A DNA stretch of 64,000 nt from an uncultured Acidobacteriota bacterium (GCA_963836665.1 CAWIKL010000001.1:3791818-3855817), one strand, 5' to 3'; shown: positions 8,485 through 16,888, counted from the stretch's first letter. Program-made: numbers and translations. The notes: a model not told the origin generated them from the sequence alone.

Positions 8485-11014
8485 TCCCGAACGCCTGCTG
8501 GACAACATCGCCTCGTCGATCGCCGACGGAGCCGTTGTCGACTGGGAACAGCCTGTCGACCGCCTCTCCGCGCGCGAGCGGCGCGTATTGGGCCACCTTC
8601 GACTGATCGACTCGCTGGCGACCGTCTACCGGACGCTACCGCCGGAGCCGGACAGCGATCCGGCCGACGACCCGCTTGCGCGTCCGGATCCGCCAGGGCC
8701 TCGATGGGGGAGGTTGATTCTCCTCGATCGCATCGGGCAGGGCGCCTCCGGAGACGTCTTTCGCGCATGGGACGTCGACTTGCAGCGCGAAGTTGCGCTC
8801 AAGCTACTGCACGTCGATGGCGGGTCCGACGCGTCGGCGAATGCAAGGCTGCTGGGCGAGGCGCGCCGCCTGGCGCGGGTCGGTCACCCGCACGTCATCC
8901 ACGTCTATGGCGCCGAACGCCACGAGGAACGGATCGGCCTGTGGATGGAGCTCGTCCGCGGCCGCACGCTCGACGACATCGTCCGGGCGGATGGACCTCT
9001 GCCGGCGACTGACGCCGCGGCGATGGGCGTGGATCTCTGCGGCGCCATCGCTGCCGTTCACGCCGCCGGTCTGCTGCACCGCGACATCAAGGCGCAGAAC
9101 GTCATTCGCGACGACACCGGCCGCGTTGTGCTCATGGACTTCGGTACCGGCGACGAGATCGCGTCGGCGCGGCCCGCGCTGGCCGGCACGCCGCTGTACC
9201 TGGCCCCCGAGATTCTTGCTGGCGGGCTAGCGACGCCGGCGAGCGACGTCTACAGCCTCGGCGTACTGCTCTTCCACTTGGTGAGCGGCCGCTACCCCGT
9301 ATTGGCAAATTCGGTAGAGGGGCTCACGGAAGCGCACCGCGCGGGTCTCAGACTGCACCTCAAAGACGCGGCCGCTGGAATTCCTCAGGGATTTGCGCGC
9401 GTTGTCGAGCGCGCGCTTGCGGCCGATCCGTCCCATCGGTATGCGAGCGCCACCGACATGGACCAGGCGCTCCGGGAGTTTCTTCGACGGCCCGCGAGAG
9501 TCCCCACGACCGCGACGTGGCGCACCTGGTCGTTCGTGGCCGTGACGGCGCTGTTGATCGCCGCGCTCGTGGCCACCATTGGGCGCCCGTGGTCACGGGT
9601 CACCCCGGCGCCGGGAGTTACGTCGATCGCCGTGCTGCCCCTCACCTACGTTTCGGGCCAGGCCGACGCGCCGTACCTGGCGGAGGGTCTGACCGACCAG
9701 TTGATCACCACGCTCGGCCAGGTGGGCGCATTCCGCGTCACGGCTGACACCTCCGTCGCGCGTTTCAAGGGCGCGACGGAACCGGTGGCGACAATCGCCA
9801 AGCAGCTCGGCGTCGAGGCCATTCTGGAAGGCACGGTGACGATAGATCCCGGCGGCCCGGGCCGGCCTGGACGCGTGCGGGTCAACGCGCGCGTCATCAG
9901 AGCAGGCACCGGCCTCGACATCTGGTCCGGATCGCTCGAGCGGCCGTTGGGGGATCTCCTCGCGCTCGAGGACGATCTCGCGCGCGTCATTGCGCAGCAG
10001 ATCCACGCTCACCTTAGCTCGTCAGAGGTGGCGCGGCTTCAGGGCGGCCGCAGCACGAATCCTGCCGCCGAGCAGGCCTATCTGGAAGGACGCGCGCATC
10101 TCTCGCAGTTCGCCGCGCAAGCGAATCTCGCGCTCACCGCCTTTCACCGCGCGACGGGGCTCGACCCGTTGTACGCCGCAGCGCACGCCGGCGCCGGCCG
10201 TAGTTACATCGCCCTTGGTTTCGCTCGCGCGATTTCCCAGCCGGACGCCCGCGCGTCCGCACTTGCCGAGGTGACGCGCGCCCTCGAGCTCGATCCGGAA
10301 CTTCCGGAAGGGCACGGGGTCATGGCCGACCTGCGCTTCTTCTACGACTGGGACTTCGCGGCGGCCGAGCGCGAATATCGCCGCGCGATCGAGACCGACC
10401 CGAGCGCTGCCTTCGAGCGCGCGCAGTACGCGCAGTTTCTTGCCGCGATGGGGCGTCTCGACGAGGCCCGCCAGCAAATCGATCAAAGCGTCGCGCTCGA
10501 TCCTTTGTCTGCGCAGCCCGAACTCACCAGGGCCCTCGTGTTGTACTACTCGAGACGGTTCGACGAGGCGATCGCGTCTGTGCGGCATGCCGAGGCGCTC
10601 GACCCGTCGCTGGCGACCGCACATTTCCTCATGGGACGAATCCTCGAGGCGAGCGGAGACCTTGCGGCGGCGGTCCACGAGACAGAGAAGGCGATCGACG
10701 GCAGCGCCGTCGTCGCCGCCGGCTGGCGCGTGCAGAAGCTGAGGCTGCAGGCGCTTCAGGGTGACATCGCGGGCGCCCGCACCGGGTTCTCGGCGTTGGC
10801 GAGGAGCGAGGCCGCTGGCGATCTCGAGTCGAGCCCGTACGAAGCCTATCTCCGTCTCGCGACGGCGGAGCCCGACGCTGCTGTCACGCTGCTGATGCGA
10901 GCGGCTGCGCGCCGCGATCCGTCGGTCCTGTGGATCGATGTTGATCCACGGCTGGACCAGATTAGGGGCCGTCCCGAATTCGCCGAGTTACGGCGACGAA
11001 TCGGACTGCACTAG
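8477..11014 (+). CDS. Ser/Thr protein kinase with TM segment, extracytoplasmic domain and TPR repeats
   Basis: Kinase motifs GQGASGDVF, VALK, HRDIKAQN, DFG, APE. TM segment WSFVAVTALLIAALVATI. TPR-like C-terminus. I place the start at ATG 8477 (MADPERLL), which overlaps the sigma stop in ATGGCTGA. The track start 8417 lies inside the sigma gene. Confidence 0.9.
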   Translation: MADPERLLDNIASSIADGAVVDWEQPVDRLSARERRVLGHLRLIDSLATVYRTLPPEPDSDPADDPLARPDPPGPRWGRLILLDRIGQGASGDVFRAWDVDLQREVALKLLHVDGGSDASANARLLGEARRLARVGHPHVIHVYGAERHEERIGLWMELVRGRTLDDIVRADGPLPATDAAAMGVDLCGAIAAVHAAGLLHRDIKAQNVIRDDTGRVVLMDFGTGDEIASARPALAGTPLYLAPEILAGGLATPASDVYSLGVLLFHLVSGRYPVLANSVEGLTEAHRAGLRLHLKDAAAGIPQGFARVVERALAADPSHRYASATDMDQALREFLRRPARVPTTATWRTWSFVAVTALLIAALVATIGRPWSRVTPAPGVTSIAVLPLTYVSGQADAPYLAEGLTDQLITTLGQVGAFRVTADTSVARFKGATEPVATIAKQLGVEAILEGTVTIDPGGPGRPGRVRVNARVIRAGTGLDIWSGSLERPLGDLLALEDDLARVIAQQIHAHLSSSEVARLQGGRSTNPAAEQAYLEGRAHLSQFAAQANLALTAFHRATGLDPLYAAAHAGAGRSYIALGFARAISQPDARASALAEVTRALELDPELPEGHGVMADLRFFYDWDFAAAEREYRRAIETDPSAAFERAQYAQFLAAMGRLDEARQQIDQSVALDPLSAQPELTRALVLYYSRRFDEAIASVRHAEALDPSLATAHFLMGRILEASGDLAAAVHETEKAIDGSAVVAAGWRVQKLRLQALQGDIAGARTGFSALARSEAAGDLESSPYEAYLRLATAEPDAAVTLLMRAAARRDPSVLWIDVDPRLDQIRGRPEFAELRRRIGLH

Positions 11015-11024
11015 ATCGGGTGTC

Positions 11025-11053
11025 TTGACCGCGGCAGGACACCTTACTAGACT
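11025..11053 (+). promoter_or_regulatory. sigma-70-type promoter TTGACC-N17-TAGACT
   Basis: -35 at 11025-11030, a hand-counted 17-nt spacer, -10 at 11048-11053. GAGGAG Shine-Dalgarno at 11062-11067. Confidence 0.5.
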
Positions 11054-11074
11054 CCCCAGCTGAGGAGTGTGCCT

Positions 11075-11410
11075 GTGAGCAAGACCCGTCCCCCGGCCAG
11101 TCGGTCCAAGAAGAAGAAATCCTCGCCACGCGTTGCCGCGAAGGCCAAGCCTGCTGTGAAGGCCAAGCCTGCCGCAAAGGCCAAGTCCGCCGCGAAGGCC
11201 AAGCCTGCTGTGAAGAGCGCCGGCGGGGCCGTTACACTCAAGCCGTTGCACCAGCACATTGGAACGAAGCTCACCGAGCTGCGCGCGCTCCCGGTCTCGG
11301 ACCGCGTGTCGAGGGCCATCGGCTGGCTCGAGAGATACCACGCCGAGTTCGACGATATCTGCGGCCCGACGATGGACATCCCGCCGGATCCGGCCCCGCA
11401 ACCGGTCTAA
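11075..11410 (+). CDS. small basic protein with histone-H1-like AKPAxK repeats, unknown C-terminal domain
   Basis: GAGGAG Shine-Dalgarno 7 nt before GTG 11075 (the track start 11069 is only 1 nt from it). Four 18-nt in-frame repeats at 11144-11215. Its stop lies 3 nt before the next gene. Confidence 0.55.
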   Translation: MSKTRPPASRSKKKKSSPRVAAKAKPAVKAKPAAKAKSAAKAKPAVKSAGGAVTLKPLHQHIGTKLTELRALPVSDRVSRAIGWLERYHAEFDDICGPTMDIPPDPAPQPV

Positions 11411-11413
11411 CGC

Positions 11414-12541
11414 GTGGCGGCCCGCGCTGACGTCCGTGTTCGGCGCGCGCCGCATCTCGTTCTGTACTGGCGGCACGACTCGCTCGTTCTTCACGATTAC
11501 TCCACCGGGAATGCGGTGGGCGCGACGCCTGAGATCTGTGCCGCGCTCGACTTCTGTGGAACCTGGCAGCCGATTGCCGCGGTCTCCCGGCATCTCGGCA
11601 TCGGCAGGCCGCTTGGCGAGCGCCTCGTCAAGGCACTTGTCGCGCGCGGCCTGCTGCGCCAATCTGATCGCCCGGCCGATTCACGCGACCGCGCGATGAG
11701 CGCATTCGACGAATGGAATCCGGCGGCGGGCCTGTTCCACGCTGTGACGCGCAAGGTGCGGTTTCTGTCACCGCGGCAGGCGGCTGCGCTCCAGACGCAG
11801 CGCGCTTCTGTCGCGCCCATGCCGCGGCCGGTGAAAAGGTTGCCAGACGCGCCGACCCTGACGCTGCCGAAGCCGCGCTCCGCCGGTGAGTTCCCCCAGG
11901 TGCTCCTGACGCGACGAACCTGGCGCCGATTCGGGTCCGCGCCTGTCGCGGCAGCCGATTTCGCAACAACGCTGGGCCTTGCCGCCGGCGTACAACAGTG
12001 GGTCCCGACGGCGTTCGGGCGGCTTCCCCTGAAGACCTCCCCTTCGGGCGGCGCGCGGCACTCGATCGAAGCTTACGTCTGCGTGCGACGGGTGGCCGGC
12101 ATCCCCCCTGGCCTCTACCACTACGCCGCTGATGCGCATCAGCTGGAGCGGATACGGCGCGGCGACATGACCCTCCGCCTGCGACAGTGGATGCCGCACA
12201 GTGGATACTTCGCCAAGGCGGCGTTTCTCGTGGTGCTGACCGCGGTCCTGGAACGGCAGGTCTGGCGCTACCCCTACGCCCGGGCCTATCGGGCCGCGAT
12301 CGCCGAGGCCGGCCACGTCTGCCAGACCTTCTGCCTGACGGCGACCTGGCTTGGCCTGGCCCCGTTTTGTCTCATGGGATTGGACGACGAGGCAATTGAG
12401 CAGGATCTGGGAATCGACGGCATCCGTGAAACCGTGTTTTACGTCGCGGGCGCAGGCACGCAGCCCAGGGGCCGCTCCTGGGCACCGAGGCCTCGAGGTT
12501 CCCTCCACAGCACTCCGAATCCAACGTTCCGGCCGGCCTGA
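11414..12541 (+). CDS. SagB/ThcOx-type (nitroreductase-fold) dehydrogenase with N-terminal extra domain
   Basis: SagB-type signature SPSGGARHSIEAYV...GLYHY. C-terminal nitroreductase motifs RAYRAAIAEAGHVCQ and CLMGLDD. Confidence 0.8.
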   Translation: MAARADVRVRRAPHLVLYWRHDSLVLHDYSTGNAVGATPEICAALDFCGTWQPIAAVSRHLGIGRPLGERLVKALVARGLLRQSDRPADSRDRAMSAFDEWNPAAGLFHAVTRKVRFLSPRQAAALQTQRASVAPMPRPVKRLPDAPTLTLPKPRSAGEFPQVLLTRRTWRRFGSAPVAAADFATTLGLAAGVQQWVPTAFGRLPLKTSPSGGARHSIEAYVCVRRVAGIPPGLYHYAADAHQLERIRRGDMTLRLRQWMPHSGYFAKAAFLVVLTAVLERQVWRYPYARAYRAAIAEAGHVCQTFCLTATWLGLAPFCLMGLDDEAIEQDLGIDGIRETVFYVAGAGTQPRGRSWAPRPRGSLHSTPNPTFRPA

Positions 12542-12553
12542 CCTCGGTGTTCG

Positions 12554-12571
12554 GTCGGGGCCGTCCCCGAC
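12554..12571 (+). terminator. GTCGGGG-CCGT-CCCCGAC hairpin after the SagB-like gene
   Basis: 7-bp stem 13 nt after the stop at 12541, followed by GTTATTGATG. Possible attenuator or terminator before the 90-aa ORF. Confidence 0.35.
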
Positions 12572-12583
12572 GTTATTGATGTC

Positions 12584-12856
12584 ATGAACGCGAGTTACAC
12601 CTCAACGGACGCCGCATTCGCCACCCCAAGGGTCCCGCAGTCCCAGACCGCTCCCCTGCCGGCGGTGGGTCTCCATCATTCGTGCTGCCGCGAGATCCTG
12701 CGCCTGAATAGCGAAAACGCCCGCTTGCACGACGAGCTCGAACGCGTTCGCGCGGAGAACGAAGACCTGACGAAGTCCGCCGAACTCTGGATTCGTCTCT
12801 ACGAGACGCAGCTGAAACTGGCGACGGCGCGAACGGCGGCGACATGCAGGCCCTGA
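12584..12856 (+). CDS. hypothetical 90-aa protein with predicted coiled coil
   Basis: ATG-initiated ORF with heptad-like ENARLHDELERVRAENEDL. The competing minus-strand ORFs are Arg-rich. I recognise no homology. Confidence 0.4.
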   Translation: MNASYTSTDAAFATPRVPQSQTAPLPAVGLHHSCCREILRLNSENARLHDELERVRAENEDLTKSAELWIRLYETQLKLATARTAATCRP

Positions 12857-13290
12857 ACCACGAACCCAGCAGCGTCCGCCTGCGCTCCGAGCCCGATGCG
12901 CGGGTCGTGCGGCATCGGACGGGTGTGCCGGCGTACGCGCAGCCGCACCCGGTTCCGGTACTGCCCACGGGGTGGGCGCCGCTCGAGCCGAGCGACGAAA
13001 CGGCAGTGCTGCAGGCGTGTGATGAATTCGGCGACGCGTGCCGCCTTCGCCTTGGTTCGGTATGGGACGCCGGCAGCGAGTATCGCGTGTATTGCCTCGA
13101 GGGCCCCATCTGGGGCGGCGTCCACGCCGCGACGGTCTTCCGCAGTGGGCGTAACAGCTGCCTGCTGTCGATCGCCCGTCAACCCGCAGACGCGGCGCGG
13201 GTGGCCATCGACTTCGGCAACTGGGATCTGGAAGCTGCGGGCGTCACCTGGCGGCTCGAACTGGCCGACCCCGTGGATCCGCTCGTATAG
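12844..13290 (+). CDS. hypothetical 148-aa protein
   Basis: ORF overlapping the previous one by 13 nt, followed by a strong hairpin. I recognise no homology. Confidence 0.45.
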   Translation: MQALNHEPSSVRLRSEPDARVVRHRTGVPAYAQPHPVPVLPTGWAPLEPSDETAVLQACDEFGDACRLRLGSVWDAGSEYRVYCLEGPIWGGVHAATVFRSGRNSCLLSIARQPADAARVAIDFGNWDLEAAGVTWRLELADPVDPLV

Positions 13291-13332
13291 GGCAGTTTCC
13301 CCCAGTCCCCCGAACGCTCTCGCGCCCACCGA

Positions 13333-13352
13333 GGCAGACCTGAAGGTCTGCC
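13333..13352. terminator. GGCAGACC-TGAA-GGTCTGCC hairpin at a convergent junction
   Basis: Perfect 8-bp stem between the stop at 13290 (+) and the stop at 13360 (-). No U-tract. Confidence 0.45.
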
Positions 13353-13359
13353 GTTACGC

Positions 13360-16260
13360 TTACCGCGCGCCGACGGGACGCGGGCCGCGCTGCGGCGCGG
13401 GGGACCCCTGCGGTACCTTGCGCCGGTACTGATCGAAGAAGCGATTGCAGGCCTTCTGGAAGCGTTCGGCCAGCTGACGGCCGGTCTCGCCCGGGACTGG
13501 CACCAGCCGGGCGAACGACGCCTGCGCCTGCCGCACTTCGTCGGCCAGGCCGCGCCACTTCGATTCTTCGCCGGCGCGTCCGCCGATCGTGTTCGACGCG
13601 AGCGCTTCACGCAACCGCGCCGCCAGATCCTGCGGCGAATCCTGCTTGGGCTCGGCACCGGCCACGAGGTTCTCGATGCGCGCGACCAGCTTCTCCATGC
13701 GCTGCCGGCTCGCCTCGATGTCGAGTTCCGTCCCCTTGAAGGGCTCCGGGAACATCGCCAGCAGCCGCTCGATGACCGATACGAAGCGCGCGCTCAGCGG
13801 ATCGGCGCCAGAGCGGACCGCCGTCGTCGACTGATTCCAGCGCGTACGCAGCGAGCGTACTTTTTCGAGCAGGTCCGCCGGCGCCTCGGCCCCTTCGGCA
13901 GGGAAAAGTGCCTCGAGCTCGCTGATGAGCGCTTCGCGATCGGCCTGGCGCGACTCGATCTCGATGTCGTCGCGGCGCTTGTAGCGATCGAAGAAGGTGT
14001 CGGCCGCGGCGCGGAAGCGCTGCCACAACGCCTCGGACTTGCTGCGGCGCACGGGGCCAACCGTTTTCCACTCCGCCTGCAGCCGCCGCATCTCGCTGGC
14101 GGCGCGCTCCCATTCACGCGACTGCGAGAGCTCTTCGGCGCGGGTGCAGAGCGCTTCCTTCTTCGCCTGGTTGCCCGACCAGACTTCCTTGCGCTGCGCC
14201 AGGTCCTCGTTGCGCCGCGAAAAGAAGCGGTCGCAGGCATCGCGGAAGCGCTTCCAGACGACGCGAGTGTCGGCGCGCGGGACCGGACCAAGCGCCTGCC
14301 ATTCGGCCTGCAGCTTCTTCATTTCCTCGGCGGTCTTGATCCAGTCGGTCGAGTCGGCGAGCGCCTCGGCGCGCTCGATCAGCGCCATCTTGTTCTTCAG
14401 GTTGTCGTCGCGCTCCTGCGCGCGTGCGGCGAAGAACTCGCGCGCCTTGGCCTGAATCGGATCGGCGGCCTGACGGTAGCGGTGCCAGAGCGTCTGCGCC
14501 TGCGCCCGCGGCGCTTCGGCCGCGGTCTTCCAGCGTTCCTGGATGTCGTGCAGCTCGTGCGCCGCCTTCTCCATGTCCTCGGGCTTCTCGAGGTCGTAGG
14601 TCTTGGCGAGGTTTTCGGTCTGCGCGATCAACTCCTCCTGGACGGCGGCGTTGGCGAACCGCTTCCACTCGTCCATCTCGCGCAGCTCGTGCAGCTTCGG
14701 CGCCAGTACGCTCAGCGCCGCCTTCAGCCGCTCGACCAGGTATTCGCGCTCGTGGTGCGGCACGCTGAGCGGCGTTTCAATCGCGGCGCGCAGGTCCTTG
14801 GCCGCCTTCTCCGCCTCTTTCAAGGTGAGGTCCTCGGCCTCGGCGCGCTTGTGCACCCGCTCGATCAGCTGATCGACGCGCGCCACCTGCTGGCGTAGCG
14901 CCTTTTCGACCGCCGCCTTCTTGGCCTCGGCGCGCTCGTGGATCGTCGTTTCCGCCGCGGCATAGCGCGGCTCGATCGCCGCGTCGAGCCCCTCCGACTT
15001 CTCGCGCAGCGACTTCCACTCGCGCGAGACCGAGTCCCACGCGTAGGCGGGGCTGTCCTCCTGCGCCGCGAGCTGTTCGGCCTCCGCGGCCAGCTCCTCC
15101 AGGCGCGCGTTCGTGCGCGCCATGTCCTGGCGGTTCTCATGGCGGACGCGCGCGCGATCGCACGCCTCCTGGAAGCGGCGAGCGAAGCCGGCGTGGATGG
15201 CCTCGTCGGGATCGGCGGCGAGCCCTTCCCACTCGGCGCGCGCCTGTTCGATCTGATCGAGCGTGTCGTCGCCATAGAACGATTCGATGCGCTCGCAGAG
15301 CGTCGTCTTGCCACCGCGGGCGGCCGTCAGTTCGGCCTCGCGCGCCTCGCGCTCGCCCCGTTCACGTGCTTCGCGCTCGATGTCTTCGCGCGCCGTCGTC
15401 AAGGCGGTCTCGAAACGAACCCGATCGGCGGCGGCGACGTCGTGGGCGGCGCCAGCGACGAGTTCACGCCAGCTGTTTTCGACCCCGGCCAGTCGCTCAG
15501 CCGCGTCGGGAGCGGCGGCGTGGCCGCGCAGCGCCTCCGCGCTGGCGATGGCGAACGCCGTTCGCTGCGCGTGCTGGTCGGCGGCGGCCTTCTTTGCCGC
15601 TTCGGCTTCGTCGATCGCCTGGACCAGCGCGCGCGCCCGCTTGCCGACCGACTTGCTGGCGGCGCGGTCGGCCAGCTGCTCGAGCGCGGCCCGATCCTGT
15701 AGGCCCGAACGCTCCAGCGCCGCGATGCCGGCGTCCTTGTGCTCAGTCTTCGCCGCGATGTTGAGCAGCTCCGACGGGTCCTGCAGTTTCTCGACAGCGG
15801 CCAGCGCGACACGGCCGTCGGCGGCATGGCGGGCCACCGAGCTCAGCGCCTTGACGTCCGACAGCCGGTTGACCGCCTCGATGCGCACGGCGTCGACCGG
15901 CGAGGTCTTGGCGACGGCGCCGATCTGCTTCGGATCGCGCAGCGCCGCCAGGGCGCGAACGGCGGTGTCGGCACTCGTGGAAGACGCGGCGATGCCGGCG
16001 AGGCGGTCGAGCAGCTCGGCCCGAAGCCCTTCGTCGGCATCCGCGGCGGCGATCGCGGCCAGGACCTCAACGTCTTCGATCCGCCCGGCGGCGGCCCGCC
16101 GCACGCGGGCGTCGGTATCCTCGCGCGCCATCGCGACGATGGCGGCCCGCTCCTCGTCGGTGGCGGCGGCCTCGTTGAACTCGCGCACGGCGGCCAGCCG
16201 GACGTCGGGGTCCGCGGACTTGTACTTGGGTTGGATCTTGAAACGGTCGAGGAAAGACAT
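13360..16260 (-). CDS. DUF349 repeat protein (966 aa)
   Basis: Repeated W..RF....D.FF.R modules (WKRFRDACDRFFSRR, LWQRFRAAADTFFDRYKRR, LWHRYRQAADPIQ). Confidence 0.85.
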   Translation of the reverse strand: MSFLDRFKIQPKYKSADPDVRLAAVREFNEAAATDEERAAIVAMAREDTDARVRRAAAGRIEDVEVLAAIAAADADEGLRAELLDRLAGIAASSTSADTAVRALAALRDPKQIGAVAKTSPVDAVRIEAVNRLSDVKALSSVARHAADGRVALAAVEKLQDPSELLNIAAKTEHKDAGIAALERSGLQDRAALEQLADRAASKSVGKRARALVQAIDEAEAAKKAAADQHAQRTAFAIASAEALRGHAAAPDAAERLAGVENSWRELVAGAAHDVAAADRVRFETALTTAREDIEREARERGEREAREAELTAARGGKTTLCERIESFYGDDTLDQIEQARAEWEGLAADPDEAIHAGFARRFQEACDRARVRHENRQDMARTNARLEELAAEAEQLAAQEDSPAYAWDSVSREWKSLREKSEGLDAAIEPRYAAAETTIHERAEAKKAAVEKALRQQVARVDQLIERVHKRAEAEDLTLKEAEKAAKDLRAAIETPLSVPHHEREYLVERLKAALSVLAPKLHELREMDEWKRFANAAVQEELIAQTENLAKTYDLEKPEDMEKAAHELHDIQERWKTAAEAPRAQAQTLWHRYRQAADPIQAKAREFFAARAQERDDNLKNKMALIERAEALADSTDWIKTAEEMKKLQAEWQALGPVPRADTRVVWKRFRDACDRFFSRRNEDLAQRKEVWSGNQAKKEALCTRAEELSQSREWERAASEMRRLQAEWKTVGPVRRSKSEALWQRFRAAADTFFDRYKRRDDIEIESRQADREALISELEALFPAEGAEAPADLLEKVRSLRTRWNQSTTAVRSGADPLSARFVSVIERLLAMFPEPFKGTELDIEASRQRMEKLVARIENLVAGAEPKQDSPQDLAARLREALASNTIGGRAGEESKWRGLADEVRQAQASFARLVPVPGETGRQLAERFQKACNRFFDQYRRKVPQGSPAPQRGPRPVGAR

Positions 16261-16275
16261 CTGAGAGCCTTACTC

Positions 16276-16357
16276 AATCGGATAATTTGGAAATCGGGTA
16301 ATCCGGTAATCGTTTGTCGATTACCCGTTTACCCGATTTCCCGATTAGCCGATCGCG
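16276..16357. repeat. inverted pair of octamer tandem arrays forming a 24-bp-stem hairpin
   Basis: Left side: AATCGGAT AATTTGGA AATCGGGT AATCCGGT AATCGTTT. Right side: ATTACCCG TTTACCCG ATTTCCCG ATTAGCCG. Arms 16289-16312 and 16318-16341 pair at 22 of 24 positions. Confidence 0.85.
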
Positions 16358-16358
16358 T

Positions 16359-16703
16359 TTATTGTGATTCAGCCGTTAGCCAATCGGCGATCTGTTCGCG
16401 CGTCCACACATGATCGTCGTTCAAGTGCACGAGCATCGGGGCGAGCGGCAACCGCTTCTTACATCCGTCCTGCGGGCAGCGTTTCGTCACCTCGTCGAGG
16501 CAGCGAAACAGCCGCTCGAGGTGGTCCGGAATCAGCTTCCCGTGCGGCCTCGGCAGGTGATAGACCGCGTCGTACACCGCGCCGAGCGCGCACGAGCCGC
16601 CTTTTTCGTCGAAATAGCTGCCGAAGCACTGGGGTCCGCGCGACGCGCCGGCACGAATGAAATCGGCCAGCTCGCGCTGTTCACTCTGGAGCTCGGTTAC
16701 CAT
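16359..16703 (-). CDS. hypothetical 114-aa Cys-containing protein
   Basis: Intact ORF with balanced composition. No family recognised. Confidence 0.5.
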   Translation of the reverse strand: MVTELQSEQRELADFIRAGASRGPQCFGSYFDEKGGSCALGAVYDAVYHLPRPHGKLIPDHLERLFRCLDEVTKRCPQDGCKKRLPLAPMLVHLNDDHVWTREQIADWLTAESQ

Positions 16704-16888
16704 CCCTGGCCTCCGGAGAAGGTCTTCAATTGTAGCGCAGCGTTCAGTTGATCAATGATCATTCCGCGACCATTCGAGTCACCACGGATCCATTCGCTTG
16801 AATCGTCGCGCACAATCTTTTGGGTGCCGTCCGGACGGGGCGAACGCGGTGTTCGTGCCCGGTCATCGCGCGGCCGGTATCGAACGCC

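Noticed and set aside
13360-16260. Internal repetitiveness of the 966-aa gene as a DNA-level repeat or mobile feature.
   Set aside because: The repeats are diverged protein modules of the DUF349 family (W..RF...D.FF). They are not near-identical nucleotide repeats.
16276-16357. The short tandem arrays (here and at 4503, 5045, 28402 and 61246) as CRISPR arrays.
   Set aside because: The units are only 7-9 nt with no unique spacers between them, and no cas genes lie in the window. These are microsatellite-like arrays, not CRISPR.
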